Assembly (NCBI GenBank): GCA_963759955.1
Contig: CAVXCA010000026.1
Span: forward strand, 3,348-67,347
Length of the DNA stretch: 64,000 bases
Direction: 5' to 3'
Origin: an uncultured Alphaproteobacteria bacterium
GTDB lineage: Bacteria > Pseudomonadota > Alphaproteobacteria > Rhizobiales > Beijerinckiaceae
The translations under genes and the position numbers were made by a program. How positions within the stretch are numbered: position 1 is the first letter of the stretch; every line of letters starts with the position of its first letter. The notes under the pieces are model-generated. The model was given only the letters and a program-made list of their open reading frames with translations, was not told the DNA's origin and did not search any database. This document shows positions 41,756 through 53,501 of this stretch, piece by piece.

Positions 41756-42278
41756 CTAGAAATCAGTGCCCTTCTTCTTCATTTCCTCGTGGGCGCGAGC
41801 GAGGATGTCCGTAGACAACTGCTCGCGCCAGGCGCGCGCCAATTGGCCGACTTGCTGAACCAGCACGGGTTGGGTCGCGAGATATTTCTTGCCGCTCGGG
41901 GTGTCGAAAAACGTCACGGTGTCCTTGAGCTCCTGCTCGGTCATCCGGCTTGCGAGAAACTTCGCCGAATTCCGCGACGATGCCTTGCTCGGACTTGACG
42001 AATTCGGGCTCGATGGCCACCAGCGTCGCCCGCAGGGAGTCCTTCAGCTCCGGCCGGGTCGCCGTAATGTTGCGGTCGAGACCCGAGAGCATTTCCGGCA
42101 CCATCATATCGAGCGACGGTTTGATGCCGACGTCGACCAGGATCTGGTTGGCGTAATTGAGCGCGGCGGGCGTCGGCTCGTCGGCGCGCGCGCCGGCGAT
42201 CGAGATCGCCAAGACGACAATGGCGGCGAGCGACGCTTTGATTTTCGATTGGGACGAGAACACGATTTCACTCTCCAT
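41756..42278 (-). CDS. DUF2059-like exported protein; +1 frameshift at 41967-41972
   Basis: Signal peptide. The C-terminus TEQELKDTVTFFDTPSGKKYL is in the next frame. Removing one base gives 174 codons. Confidence 0.75.
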
Positions 42279-42292
42279 TGCAGTTGTGGCGA

Positions 42293-42994
42293 TCAGGCGA
42301 TCGCGCCGATGGTTTCGACGCCGTTCGGGCCCGCGATCACGGCGGCGCTCGCCAGCCCGAGGAACAGGCCATGGTCGACGACGCCAGGAATGAACGCGAG
42401 CGCGCGATCGAGCGCTTCCGGGTCAAAGATCGCGCCGAAGGCGCAATCCAGGATGTAATGACCGCCGTCGGTGACGAAAATTCGATCTTCGCGCCGGCGC
42501 AGTTCGATTGGCCCGGTCAACCCGAGAGCCGCGCACGCGCGCTCGACGCGCCGACGCGTCGCGGCGAGGCCGAAGGGGACGACTTCGATCGGCAGAGGAA
42601 AGGCGCCCAGGCGCGCGACGCGTTTCGTCGAATCCGCGATCACCAGCATGCGCCGGGAAGACGCCGCAACGATCTTCTCGCGCAGCAAGGCGCCGCCGCC
42701 GCCTTTGATCAGACGCAGCGAGGAATCGATCTCGTCGGCGCCGTCGACGGTGAGGTCGAGTTCGGGAATCTCGTCCAGCGTCGCCAGCCGCACGCCGAGC
42801 GCCGCCGCCTGACGGAAAGTCGCCTCCGAGGTCGGCACGCCTACGACGTCGAGGCCTTGCCGAACGCCTTCGCCGATCAGATCGACGAAATGACGCGCGG
42901 TCGAGCCGGTGCCGAGACCGAGCTTCATTCCCGAGCGCACGAAGGTCATCGCGCGTTCGGCGGCTTGACGTTTGAAGACTTCGCTGTCCGACAA
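42293..42994 (-). CDS. rpiA: Ribose-5-phosphate isomerase A
   Basis: GLGTGST, DGADE and [11 protein letters not shown]. Confidence 0.96.
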   Translation of the reverse strand: MSDSEVFKRQAAERAMTFVRSGMKLGLGTGSTARHFVDLIGEGVRQGLDVVGVPTSEATFRQAAALGVRLATLDEIPELDLTVDGADEIDSSLRLIKGGGGALLREKIVAASSRRMLVIADSTKRVARLGAFPLPIEVVPFGLAATRRRVERACAALGLTGPIELRRREDRIFVTDGGHYILDCAFGAIFDPEALDRALAFIPGVVDHGLFLGLASAAVIAGPNGVETIGAIA

Positions 42995-43124
42995 AGGCCG
43001 AAACTCCGCAATCGCGTTGGGCGCGCGCGTCCACTCGCAAGCGTCGGCGCCCCGCCGGGGCGTCGCGCGCCGATGGCCTAGCGGCTCGGCGGCAGAAAGG
43101 CAACTCGCGGCGAGGCCGGATCGC

Positions 43125-44426
43125 CTATCGGCGCGCCGCCTCGACGACGTCTTCGAAGGTCGTCAAACCCGTCCGCGGCGCGTTGACGAGAACCGCCATA
43201 TTGCCGGGCGCGTGCTGGTTCTTCCACATCTTGGTGTGCGCAAGAGGAATCTTGTCCCAGGGGAAGACTTCCGACATGCACGGGTCGATGCGACGGTCGA
43301 TCACGAATTTGTTGGCCGCCGCCGCCTGCTTGAGATTGGCGAAATGCGACCCCTGGATGCGCTTCTGCCGCATCCAGACGAAGCGGGCGTCGAACGTGAG
43401 GTTGAAACCGGTCGTGCCGGCGCAGAACACCACCATGCCACCGCGCTTGACGACGAAACAGGACACCGGGAACGTCTGCTCGCCCGGATGCTCGAACACC
43501 GTGTCGACGTCCCGCTTTCCCGTGATGTCCCAGATCGCCTTGCCGAACTTGCGCGCGCCCGCCATGAACGTGGCGTATTCGGGCGAATTGACCTTGGGCA
43601 ACTGGCCCCAGCAGGAAAATTCCTTGCGATTGATGGCGCCCTTGGCGCCGAGCGACATCACGTAGTCGCGCTTCGATTCGTCGGAGATGACGCCGATCGC
43701 ATTGGCGCCCGCCGCCGCGCAAAGCTGGACTCCGAACACGCCGAGCCCGCCCGAGGCGCCCCAGACCAGAACGTTGTCGCCCGGCTTCAGCCGATGCGGC
43801 TCGTGACCGAACAGCATGCGGTAGGCGGTGGCCAGCGTCAGCGTGTAGGAGGCGCTTTCCTCCCAGGTCAGGTGCTTGGGCCGCGTCATCAGCTGGCGAT
43901 CCTGCACGCGGCAGAACTGCGCGAACGAGCCATCGGGAGTCTCGTAGCCCCAGATGCGCTGCGAAGCGGAGAACATCGGATCGCCGCCGTTGCATTCCTC
44001 GTCGTCGCCGTCGTCCTGGTTGCAGTGGACGACCACCTCGTCGCCGACCTTCCAGCGCTTCACCTTCGATCCGACCGCCCAGACGATCCCCGCCGCGTCC
44101 GATCCGGCGATATGGAAGGGATGCTTATGAACGTCGAGCACCGAGACCGGCTCTCCGAGCGCGGCCCATACGCCGTTGTAGTTGACGCCGGCGGCCATCA
44201 CGAGAACGAGCACGTCGTGGCTGTCCAATGGCCAAGTGGGCACGACCTCGACCTGCATCGACTGCTCGGGCGGTCCATGCCGGTCTTTGCGCACGACCCA
44301 GGCGTACATCGACGCCGGCACGTGACCGAGCGGGGGAATTTCGCCGATTTCGTAAAGATCTTTCTTCAAAGTCGATGCGGCGTCCGGAAGGTCCGGCGCC
44401 GCGCCGCCCGCTGGGCGAGTGTTCAT
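43125..44426 (-). CDS. ccr: Crotonyl-CoA carboxylase/reductase
   Basis: [29 protein letters not shown] and [20 protein letters not shown]. Confidence 0.95.
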   Translation of the reverse strand: MNTRPAGGAAPDLPDAASTLKKDLYEIGEIPPLGHVPASMYAWVVRKDRHGPPEQSMQVEVVPTWPLDSHDVLVLVMAAGVNYNGVWAALGEPVSVLDVHKHPFHIAGSDAAGIVWAVGSKVKRWKVGDEVVVHCNQDDGDDEECNGGDPMFSASQRIWGYETPDGSFAQFCRVQDRQLMTRPKHLTWEESASYTLTLATAYRMLFGHEPHRLKPGDNVLVWGASGGLGVFGVQLCAAAGANAIGVISDESKRDYVMSLGAKGAINRKEFSCWGQLPKVNSPEYATFMAGARKFGKAIWDITGKRDVDTVFEHPGEQTFPVSCFVVKRGGMVVFCAGTTGFNLTFDARFVWMRQKRIQGSHFANLKQAAAANKFVIDRRIDPCMSEVFPWDKIPLAHTKMWKNQHAPGNMAVLVNAPRTGLTTFEDVVEAARR

Positions 44427-44710
44427 GGCGTTCCTCGTATGGCGCGGCTTGGCGCTGAGAGGCCCTGCGCCCAACCCGTGAGCGCGAGCCTCGATTTGCA
44501 ACGGTCTTATTGCACCGCAGCATCAACCATGACGCGGCGCACGGCTAAAATCAATCCCACTTTTGGCTCTTCGAGCGCTACGCATTTCGTGCGGTCATGT
44601 TCACCGGCCGCAAAGGAATTTCAGGATATGAGGGGCGCGGGACGCGCCGTGCGCCGTAACGTCCCATGCGGAACTTGCCGCGCCGCAGTGCGGAACGAGG
44701 AAAAGCCGAA

Positions 44711-45025
44711 ATGGCCGCCATGTCGCCCTTTTTCACCATGATCAACTCGCTCGAAGGGTTCGAGTTCGTCTGCTTTTGGCTCGCGGCGTTCGTCGGATTC
44801 GTCCTGATCGGATTTCTGCTCGACTACCTCATGGGTCGGCAAGGTTTCGGCCCTTACGTCAACTCCGTGCTGGCGGTCGGCGGCGTGTGCGCCGGGCTCT
44901 ACGTGCGATACAACTATTGTCTGCCGTATGTTCGCTATGAGCCCTATTTGAGCTTCGGCCTGTTGTTCACGGCGCCGGTCTTCCTGGTCCTGATCTTGAG
45001 CTTCATGCGAACGCGGGTCTTTTAG
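44711..45025 (+). CDS. Small membrane protein (about 3 TM)
   Basis: Three hydrophobic stretches and host-like codon usage. Confidence 0.7.
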   Translation: MAAMSPFFTMINSLEGFEFVCFWLAAFVGFVLIGFLLDYLMGRQGFGPYVNSVLAVGGVCAGLYVRYNYCLPYVRYEPYLSFGLLFTAPVFLVLILSFMRTRVF

Positions 45026-45082
45026 GCTCGAACGATCGAACGCGGCGCTTTTTCATTCCCGCAGCTTTGATCGTTCGACGCG

Positions 45083-45864
45083 CTATGACCGCGGAATATC
45101 GGGCTTCGACGCGCCAACGCGCATGACGGCCTGGGTGCGGTTCGCCGCGTGCAGTTTTCTCATGATGCTGCGCAGATGCACCTTGACCGTGCTTTCGGAC
45201 ATTTGCAGATCGAAGGCGATGTTCTTGTTTGCGCGACCGGCGCGCAAGCTGTTGAGAACATCGCGTTCGCGCGCGGTGAGACTTTCTCGAGGGGCGCGGG
45301 CAATTCGTTCGGGCGCGCGGCGGCGGGCGGGACGGCGTCCTGCGGCGGGCGCTGTGCGGCGAGAGCTCGACCGTTCGCTTCTTCCTGGCGATCGAAGAGC
45401 TCGGCCGGCAGAAAGCTTCCGCCCGCCGCCATCAGCCTGACCGAGGCGACGGCGATCTCCACGCTTGCGCTCGGCATCACGATCCCAGCGACGCCCAGCG
45501 TTGTGACCAATTTTGCGACGGCCGCATTGTCGGCATGCAGATAGGCGCCGATCGGCGATCCCGCGGCGACGCGGCGCAACGTTTCGAAGGCGCCGCGCAA
45601 CTGCGCCGGTTCGCATCCCGAGCGCGGATCAAGGCCGATCAGCACGAGGCGGGCAGGTCCCGGAACGACTTCGTCGACGGAGGTCGCGCCCTCGACCGCC
45701 ACGTCGGGGAGGAACGACACGAGCGCGTACGCGAGGCACTCGCGAAGCCACTTTCGCGATTCGATCAGGACGATGCGCGCGGCCTGCGGTTTCCCGCTTG
45801 GCGCGGCGGGGCCTCCTTGGGTCTGCCGACTGCCGCCGGCCGGATTTCGATCGCGCTCGCTCAT
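45083..45864 (-). CDS. LuxR/NarL-type regulator with atypical receiver domain; frameshift at about 45280-45286
   Basis: Receiver-like N-terminus in ORF 45160..45894. The HTH (LTARERDVL...NKNIAFDLQMSESTVKVH) is in ORF 45083..45616. Confidence 0.85.
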
Positions 45865-46499
45865 TCGCCCAGGCCGCGCATTTTGCGATCCCACTCGAGA
45901 GTATTTGTTTCCAAATCAGAGACGGCGCCCACGGCGCGGCGTCCAATTCTCGGTTGATCTCCAGGCGCGGCGCAATTTGCGGGCCACCGCCACGTGTAAC
46001 GTTACGGGACGAAAGCGATTTCGATCGATCCGCCTGAGGGCCGCAACTTTCACAACGCGTCGACGATCTTTGTCGCGCCGCCAAGTTGCCGACCGGCTCT
46101 GTTCGCGTGCTTGGCCACGCCGACGAAGGCGGCCGCCTCCGGCCGGTCGGAACGACAGTCGATCGGGGCCTATCGTCGCGCACCCCACCGATGAAAACGT
46201 AACTCCGCGGCACTGGCGAAAGTGCTGAAATCAAAGATGGTTATGCCCAGCGTTCTATCCCGGGAATAGCCCTAGGCGCGTGGCTACAATGGACAAATAT
46301 GCGTCCATATTGCTGACATAATTATTGGTAAAATGACCGATGTTGGCATTTTGTAACGGCTCAATCGCATCGAATGTGCGATACAGCTTGTGTACTGTTC
46401 ATATCCAGTATTAACACCCTCATCACGAGCCAACAATAATCGTCGATAGCCATACTAGTGTGGTTGTTGTTCCGTCTATTGTAGACAAGGAGTGAGTAT

Positions 46500-46985
46500 T
46501 TGAGACGAACACTACTGACGGCCGCGCTCATGGCGGCTTTTTTGTTGCCGGCAGCCGCGCAGCCGAGCGGACAACCGGAAACCCCGATGACTTCCGATTC
46601 AACTGCTGGTTCGTCTGCGCACTGGAGCGCAGGAGGCGACGTGCTCGTCGAGGCGGGGCGATGGATCGGTTCGGGCAACATGACAGGCACATTCGGCCCG
46701 TGGTGCGCGGACGCGGTTTCCTTCTGGCTGCGCCGCACCGGCCACCGGCCGCTCGCCAATCGTATGGCCGCCTCGGCGCTCGCCTACGGCCGGCGCCTGC
46801 CCGGCCCGCAAGCCGGCGCGATCGCGGTGATGAGCACGCACCGCGCCTGGGCCGGCCATGTCGGCCTTGTCGAGGGCGTCGAGCCGGACGGCTCGATCCG
46901 CCTCATTTCCGGCAACTGGGGCCACCGCGTCGCCGAGGCGGTCATCCCGCGCAACTCCGTCGTCGCGTTCGTCGAGGTGCAATAA
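46500..46985 (+). CDS. Secreted CHAP-domain (TIGR02594-like) amidase/peptidase
   Basis: Signal peptide, PWCADAV (Cys), GHVGLV (His) and SGNW. RBS AAGGAG before the TTG. Confidence 0.8.
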   Translation: MRRTLLTAALMAAFLLPAAAQPSGQPETPMTSDSTAGSSAHWSAGGDVLVEAGRWIGSGNMTGTFGPWCADAVSFWLRRTGHRPLANRMAASALAYGRRLPGPQAGAIAVMSTHRAWAGHVGLVEGVEPDGSIRLISGNWGHRVAEAVIPRNSVVAFVEVQ

Positions 46986-46998
46986 CAGGACGGCGGCG

Positions 46999-47040
46999 AG
47001 AGCGAGGCCCGTTTGCTTTGAAGCGCGGCCTCGCTCTTAA
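46999..47040 (+). terminator. Putative terminator hairpin after the CHAP gene
   Basis: AGAGCGAGGCC / GGCCTCGCTCT inverted repeat. Confidence 0.45.
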
Positions 47041-47191
47041 GTTCCGGGCGCGGGGCGCCTTGCCGAACCGCCGCGCCGATCGGCCAGCCTGCTAGCCCTC
47101 GCCGCGCTTTTCTGCGATTGTGCTGTGCACAAAATCGAGCGAGACGAAACGGAGACGGCGCGCAATGCAAGCGGGTGGTAAATCGGAAACG

Positions 47192-49187
47192 ATGGCGGCG
47201 CGCGACAAGCCGTGGATTTTCCGCACCTACGCTGGCCATTCCAACGCGGTCGAATCCAATCGCCTCTATCGCGGCAATCTGGCCAAGGGCCAGACCGGCC
47301 TCTCCATCGCCTTCGATCTGCCCACTCAGACTGGCTACGACAGCGATCACCCCTTGGCGCGCGGCGAGGTCGGCAAGGTCGGCGTCGCGATCTCCCACAT
47401 CGGCGACATGCGGGCCCTGTTCGAGGGCATACCGCTCGCCTCGATGAACACGTCGATGACGATCAACGCCACCGCCCCCTGGTTGATGGCGCTCTACGTC
47501 GCCGTCGCCGACGAACAGGGTGCGCCGCGCGCCCAGCTTCAGGGCACCACCCAGAACGACATCATCAAGGAATATCTCTCCCGCGGCTCTTACGTCTTCG
47601 CGCCCGGCCCGTCGCTGCGCCTGACCAAGGACCTGATTCTGTTTTGCGCGCGCGAAACGCCGAAATGGAACCCGATGAACGTCTGCTCCTATCATCTCCA
47701 GGAAGCGGGAGCGACGCCGGTGCAGGAGCTCAGCTACGCGTTGGCGACGGCGATCGCCGTTCTCGACCGCGTGCGCGAGTTCGGGCGAAGTCGACGCGGC
47801 CGGCTTCGCCAACGTCGTCGGCGGCATTTCGTTCTTCGTCAACGCCGGCATGCGGTTCGTCACCGAGCTCGCCAAGATGCGCGCGTTCACCGAGCTGTGG
47901 GACGAAATCACCCGCGAACGTTACGGCGTCGCCGATCCCGCCAAGCGCCGCTTCCGCTACGGCGTGCAGGTCAATTCGTTGGGGTTGACCGAGCAGCAGC
48001 CCGAGAACAACGCCTACCGCATCCTGATCGAGATGCTCTCGGTCGTGTTGTCGAAGAAAGCGCGCGCCCGCGCCGTCCAGTTGCCGGCGTGGAACGAGGC
48101 GCTCGGCCTGCCGCGTCCGTTCGACCAGCAATGGTCGCTGCGCCTGCAGCAGATCATGGCGTTCGAGACCGATCTTCTGGAATACGGCGACATTTTCGAC
48201 GGCAGCGCCGTCATCGAGGACCGCGTCGCCGCGTTGAAACGCGAGGCGATGGCCGAGCTCGCCGCGATCGACGCGATGGGCGGCGCGATCGCCGCGATCG
48301 AATCGGGCGAAATGAAACGCAAGCTGGTCGAATCCAACACCCGCCGGCTCGAGGCGATCGAACGCGGCGAACAGCGCGTCGTCGGCGTCAATTGCTTCAC
48401 GACGAGCGAGCCCTCGCCGCTGATGGCGGGCGACAGCGCGATCCTGACGCTCTCGCCCGAGGTCGAGGCGGAGCAGGTCGCGCGCCTGAAGGCATGGCGC
48501 GCGACGCGCGACGAATCGCGCGTGGCTGCGGCGCTCGAAGCCTTGCGCGCCGCGGCCAAGAGCGGCGCCAATATCATGCCGGCCTCGATCGAGGCCGCCA
48601 AGACGGGCGTGACGACCGGCGAATGGGGAGCGGCGCTGCGCGCCGAATTCGGCGAATACCGCGCCCCCACCGGCGTCAGTCCGCGGGCGCGCCAGGAGGC
48701 CGCCGATCTCGACCCGCTGCGCGGCGAGGTCGAGCGGGTGTCGCTCAAGCTCGGCCACCGCTTGAAGTTCCTGGTCGGCAAGCCGGGGCTCGACGGCCAC
48801 TCGAACGGCGCCGAACAGATCGCGGTGCGCGCCACCGACGCCGGCATGGACGTCGTCTACGACGGCATTCGCCTCACCCCGCAAGAGATCGTCGAGCGGG
48901 CCAAGGCCGGGGTCGATTGCGTCGGCCTGTCGATCCTTTCAGGATCGCATCTGGCGATGACGCACGAAGTTCTGGAGCTCATGAAGGCGGCGGGTCTTAG
49001 CCGCGTGCCGGTGGTCGTGGGCGGCATCATCCCCCCCGACGACGCCGAGAAATTGCGCGCCGCCGGCGTCGCGGCGGTCTATACCCCCAAGGATTTCGCC
49101 ATCAACGGCATTATCGGCGACGTCGTGGCGCATGTCGAACGCGGGTTCGAGGAGCGGGCGCGGAGCGCGGGAGCAGGGTTGGCGTGA
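47192..49187 (+). CDS. ecm: Ethylmalonyl-CoA mutase (MeaA); +1 frameshift at 47777-47782
   Basis: PWIFRTYAGHS, SIAFDLPTQ, RFRYGVQVNSLG and B12-binding GLDGHSNG. Removing one base gives 665 codons. Confidence 0.93.
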
Positions 49188-49580
49188 ATCGCAACGACGC
49201 AGGGAGCGCGGCCGGCCGCGGGCGCCGACGCGGGGGCCGCAGGATTCGCGTCGCGGCGCTCGGGGCGGTGAGCGGAGCCAGCGCATCGCGGCGGGGGCAG
49301 CGGTCGGGTCGACTGAGGGCGGCGCCGTTTTCGGGCGCGATGGTTTGTTTTCAAGGACTTGCGTGACGAATTTCCGCCGGGCCACCGCGCGGCGAGGCCT
49401 TCGCCCGCCAGCGGACGCCAGGCCGTCGAGGGGTTGGGTCAACGAAATAATGCGATTCGTATCACCGTAATTCGTATCCTGCCCTGTAATTCCAGCGCGT
49501 CGGCGCTGCGCGTTTGCCTGAATCCGCCAGTCCCGGTATATTTATCTCGAAACGTGAGGCCATCGGGGGAATGTCGGTTC

Positions 49581-50100
49581 ATGCAGCCTTTACCGTACTT
49601 CAAATCCATCGGTGTTTTGTTTTTGTCGATGGCGCCTACGGTGATTTTTTTGCCTCACGATGTATTTCGTACTTGGTATGAAATCGGAAGCTGTGGGCCT
49701 TCTGATATTTGGCCTAACCGTAGTGTTCTGGATGGCCTGTCTTTATCGTCTGGCGACATTGTTTCTTTTCGACAGGACGGATTCGGCCGAACTTCAGCTT
49801 ATCGGCGCTGTGCGGTTCGGCGAGGCCATTGACGCATTTTTGACCGGGAAAGGCGCAACCTGGCCGTTCGCAAAACTCTCTGCATCGAAGCATATGCTTC
49901 GACTGCAAACGCCTTGGGGCGATTTTGTCAGGCAAAACAACGACCAATTTGGCGCGATTCACAAGACCGGTTCGAGCAAATTTCGCTTCGACGGATTTGA
50001 GTCAACCGCCGGCCAGCCGATCACGTTCTTCGTGATGCCGTGGGACGCGGCGAAGATCGAGCGTGAACTGGGGGCGCTTGGCTATTGCGTCGAATATTGA
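49581..50100 (+). CDS. Hypothetical membrane protein; probable frameshift in the T7 run at 49645-49651
   Basis: MQPLPYFKSIGVLFLSMAPTVIF joins CLTMYFVLG...ATWPFAKL if one T is removed. AT-rich. Confidence 0.5.
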
Positions 50101-50152
50101 ATTTGTTCCGTAGGACTTCCGTCTGCGGATAAACATAGGGATCGTCGCTCAT
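50090..50152 (-). pseudogene. N-terminal remnant of a Fic-family protein
   Basis: MSDDPYVYPQTEVLRNKFNIR matches the DPY(L/V)YP..(I/V)(M/L)RN.(L/F)NIR start of Fic proteins. No HPFxxGNGR motif follows. Confidence 0.6.
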
Positions 50153-50588
50153 GCCGACTGTTCTGAGGGTAGCGCCAGTTGCGCGATTGGTGGCGCGTAA
50201 CCGCCACAGGGAGGCATTCTGAGCAACCGCGATATTGAACCCGTCCGTGTTGATGTAGCTCTTTCCTCTCGCAGAGACTCTCCACACTCGCTTCGCGCTC
50301 ATTTTCCTTTTTGTCTCGGTCGGTTCGGCAGGGAGCGCCGTCGACCTCATGGAAGCGACTTTTTCCGAAGCCGGAAGTTTTTTGGCCTCCATGAGAAAAG
50401 ACGGCGCGGCGGGTCGGCGGGAGCGGCCGTCAAGCACGGAACCGGCTGCGTCTCGTCGAAGGGGATGCCGGGGAATACGCCAGGGCATACACACAAGTAG
50501 AATTCCCGTTGTTCGTAAGATAGATACGCCTCATGAAGACGCGCCCTTATTCAATTTTCGTTAGACGGCGCTCAACAGGCGAGCGCTC

Positions 50589-51314
50589 TCACGCCATATA
50601 CTGGCCGCCATTCGCGGTCAGGGTCGATCCCGTGATGAACCCGGCGTCGTCGGAGACGAGGAACAGCACGCAGCGCGCGATCTCCTCGGGCTGGCCGAGC
50701 CGGCGCACCGGGATCTGCGGAATGATCGATTTCTCCAACACTTCTTTGGGCACCGCCATCACCATCTCGGTGGCGATGTAGCCCGGGCAGATCGCATTGA
50801 CGGTGACGCCCTTGTTGGCGTTCTCCTGCGCGAGCGCCTTGGTGAAGCCGAGATCGCCGGCCTTCGCGGCCGAATAGTTGACCTGCCCCATCTGACCCTT
50901 CTGGCCGTTGATCGAGGAGATGTTGACGATGCGCCCGAAGCCGCGCTCGCGCATGCCTTCGATCACCGGGCGGCACATGTTGAACAGCGAGCTGAGGTTG
51001 GTGTTGATGACCGCGTACCATTGTTCCGGGGTCATCTTGTGGAACATGCCGTCCTTGGTGATTCCGGCGTTGTTGACGAGAATCTCGACCGGACCGAGAT
51101 CCTTGGCGACCTCGGCGAGGCCGGCCGAGCAAGCCTCGAAGCTGGCCACGTCCCATTTGTAGACGTGAACTCCGGTTTCAGCCTTGAACTTCGCGGCCGC
51201 TTCGTCGTTGCCGTGGTAAGTCGCCGCAACGCTGTATCCGGCCGCAGCCAGGGCCTTCGAAACAGCGGCGCCGATCCCGCGCGTGCCACCGGTGACGACT
51301 GCGACTTTGCTCAT
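50589..51314 (-). CDS. phaB: Acetoacetyl-CoA reductase
   Basis: TGGTRGIG, NNAGITKD and GQVNYSAAKAG. Confidence 0.95.
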   Translation of the reverse strand: MSKVAVVTGGTRGIGAAVSKALAAAGYSVAATYHGNDEAAAKFKAETGVHVYKWDVASFEACSAGLAEVAKDLGPVEILVNNAGITKDGMFHKMTPEQWYAVINTNLSSLFNMCRPVIEGMRERGFGRIVNISSINGQKGQMGQVNYSAAKAGDLGFTKALAQENANKGVTVNAICPGYIATEMVMAVPKEVLEKSIIPQIPVRRLGQPEEIARCVLFLVSDDAGFITGSTLTANGGQYMA

Positions 51315-51411
51315 CTTTCTCTCCTTTGATGACGCGTTTCCCCACGGCGCCGCCTCGTCGGGCGGCGTCCTTGCCGTTATCGAATCGCCGCGTCGAACCG
51401 CGGCGCTTCGT

Positions 51412-52590
<1,179 letters not shown>

Positions 52591-52879
52591 AGCGCACTCC
52601 CTTTGGAAAACCGCGATAGCGCCGAGATGGGCGTCAGCGTCTTTCGCTTCGGGATCGTCTTACACGAACGCCGTCGGCCGACGCCAGTGGCGAATGGAAC
52701 GAGAGGGCGTTCGGCGAGGCCGCCCAATGAGGACGATTTTAGCGAATTTGGCGACAACTCGATGAAAATATCGCGTTCCGACGGGCGCCGCAGCGCAAAA
52801 AAGTGTTTGGAGGACGCCAAAAAGGGCTTATCCTCCCAAAGTCCGGCTAGGACGAGCGTAGAGTGGAAACGGTAGAGCG

Positions 52880-53473
52880 ATGTCGAATTCAACCACGCCG
52901 ATCACCATCAAGAAATACGCGAACAGGCGTCTCTACAACACCGCTTCCAGCGCCTACGTCACCCTCGCCGATTTGGCGAAAATGGTTAAGACGGGCGAAG
53001 ATTTCGTCGTCTACGACGCCAAGACGAACGAAGATATCACGCGCTCGGTTCTCGCACAGATCATCTTCGAACAGGAAGGCATCGAGGGCCAATCGCTGCT
53101 GCCGATCACCTTCTTGCGTCAAATCATCCGCTTCTACGGCGACAGCGTGCAAGCGCTGCTTCCCAGCTATCTCGAATACTCGATCGACCAGTTCAACGGC
53201 GAGAAGCAGGCGATGCGCGAGGCGGCGAGCCGCGCGTTCGGCCAAGGCCCGTTCTCGGCCTCCTCGTTCAGCGCGCTCCAAGAAATGACGCGCAAGAACC
53301 TCGCGGCCTTTACGCAGGCGCTAGGCCTTTTTTCCCCGTTCGCGGGCGGCGCGGCGCCGTCGAACGGAGCCCAGAAGCCCGAAGCGCCCGTGGCCAACGC
53401 CGATATCGACGAACTGAAGGCGCAATTGGCGGAGATGCGGCGGCGTCTGGACAGCATCGCCGAAAAGAGCTGA
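52880..53473 (+). CDS. phaR: Polyhydroxyalkanoate synthesis repressor
   Basis: IKKYANRRLYNT...YVTL and EDITRSVLAQII. Confidence 0.95.
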   Translation: MSNSTTPITIKKYANRRLYNTASSAYVTLADLAKMVKTGEDFVVYDAKTNEDITRSVLAQIIFEQEGIEGQSLLPITFLRQIIRFYGDSVQALLPSYLEYSIDQFNGEKQAMREAASRAFGQGPFSASSFSALQEMTRKNLAAFTQALGLFSPFAGGAAPSNGAQKPEAPVANADIDELKAQLAEMRRRLDSIAEKS

Positions 53474-53501
53474 TCGCCGCCGCGAGGCCAGGAGCAAGCG
53501 C

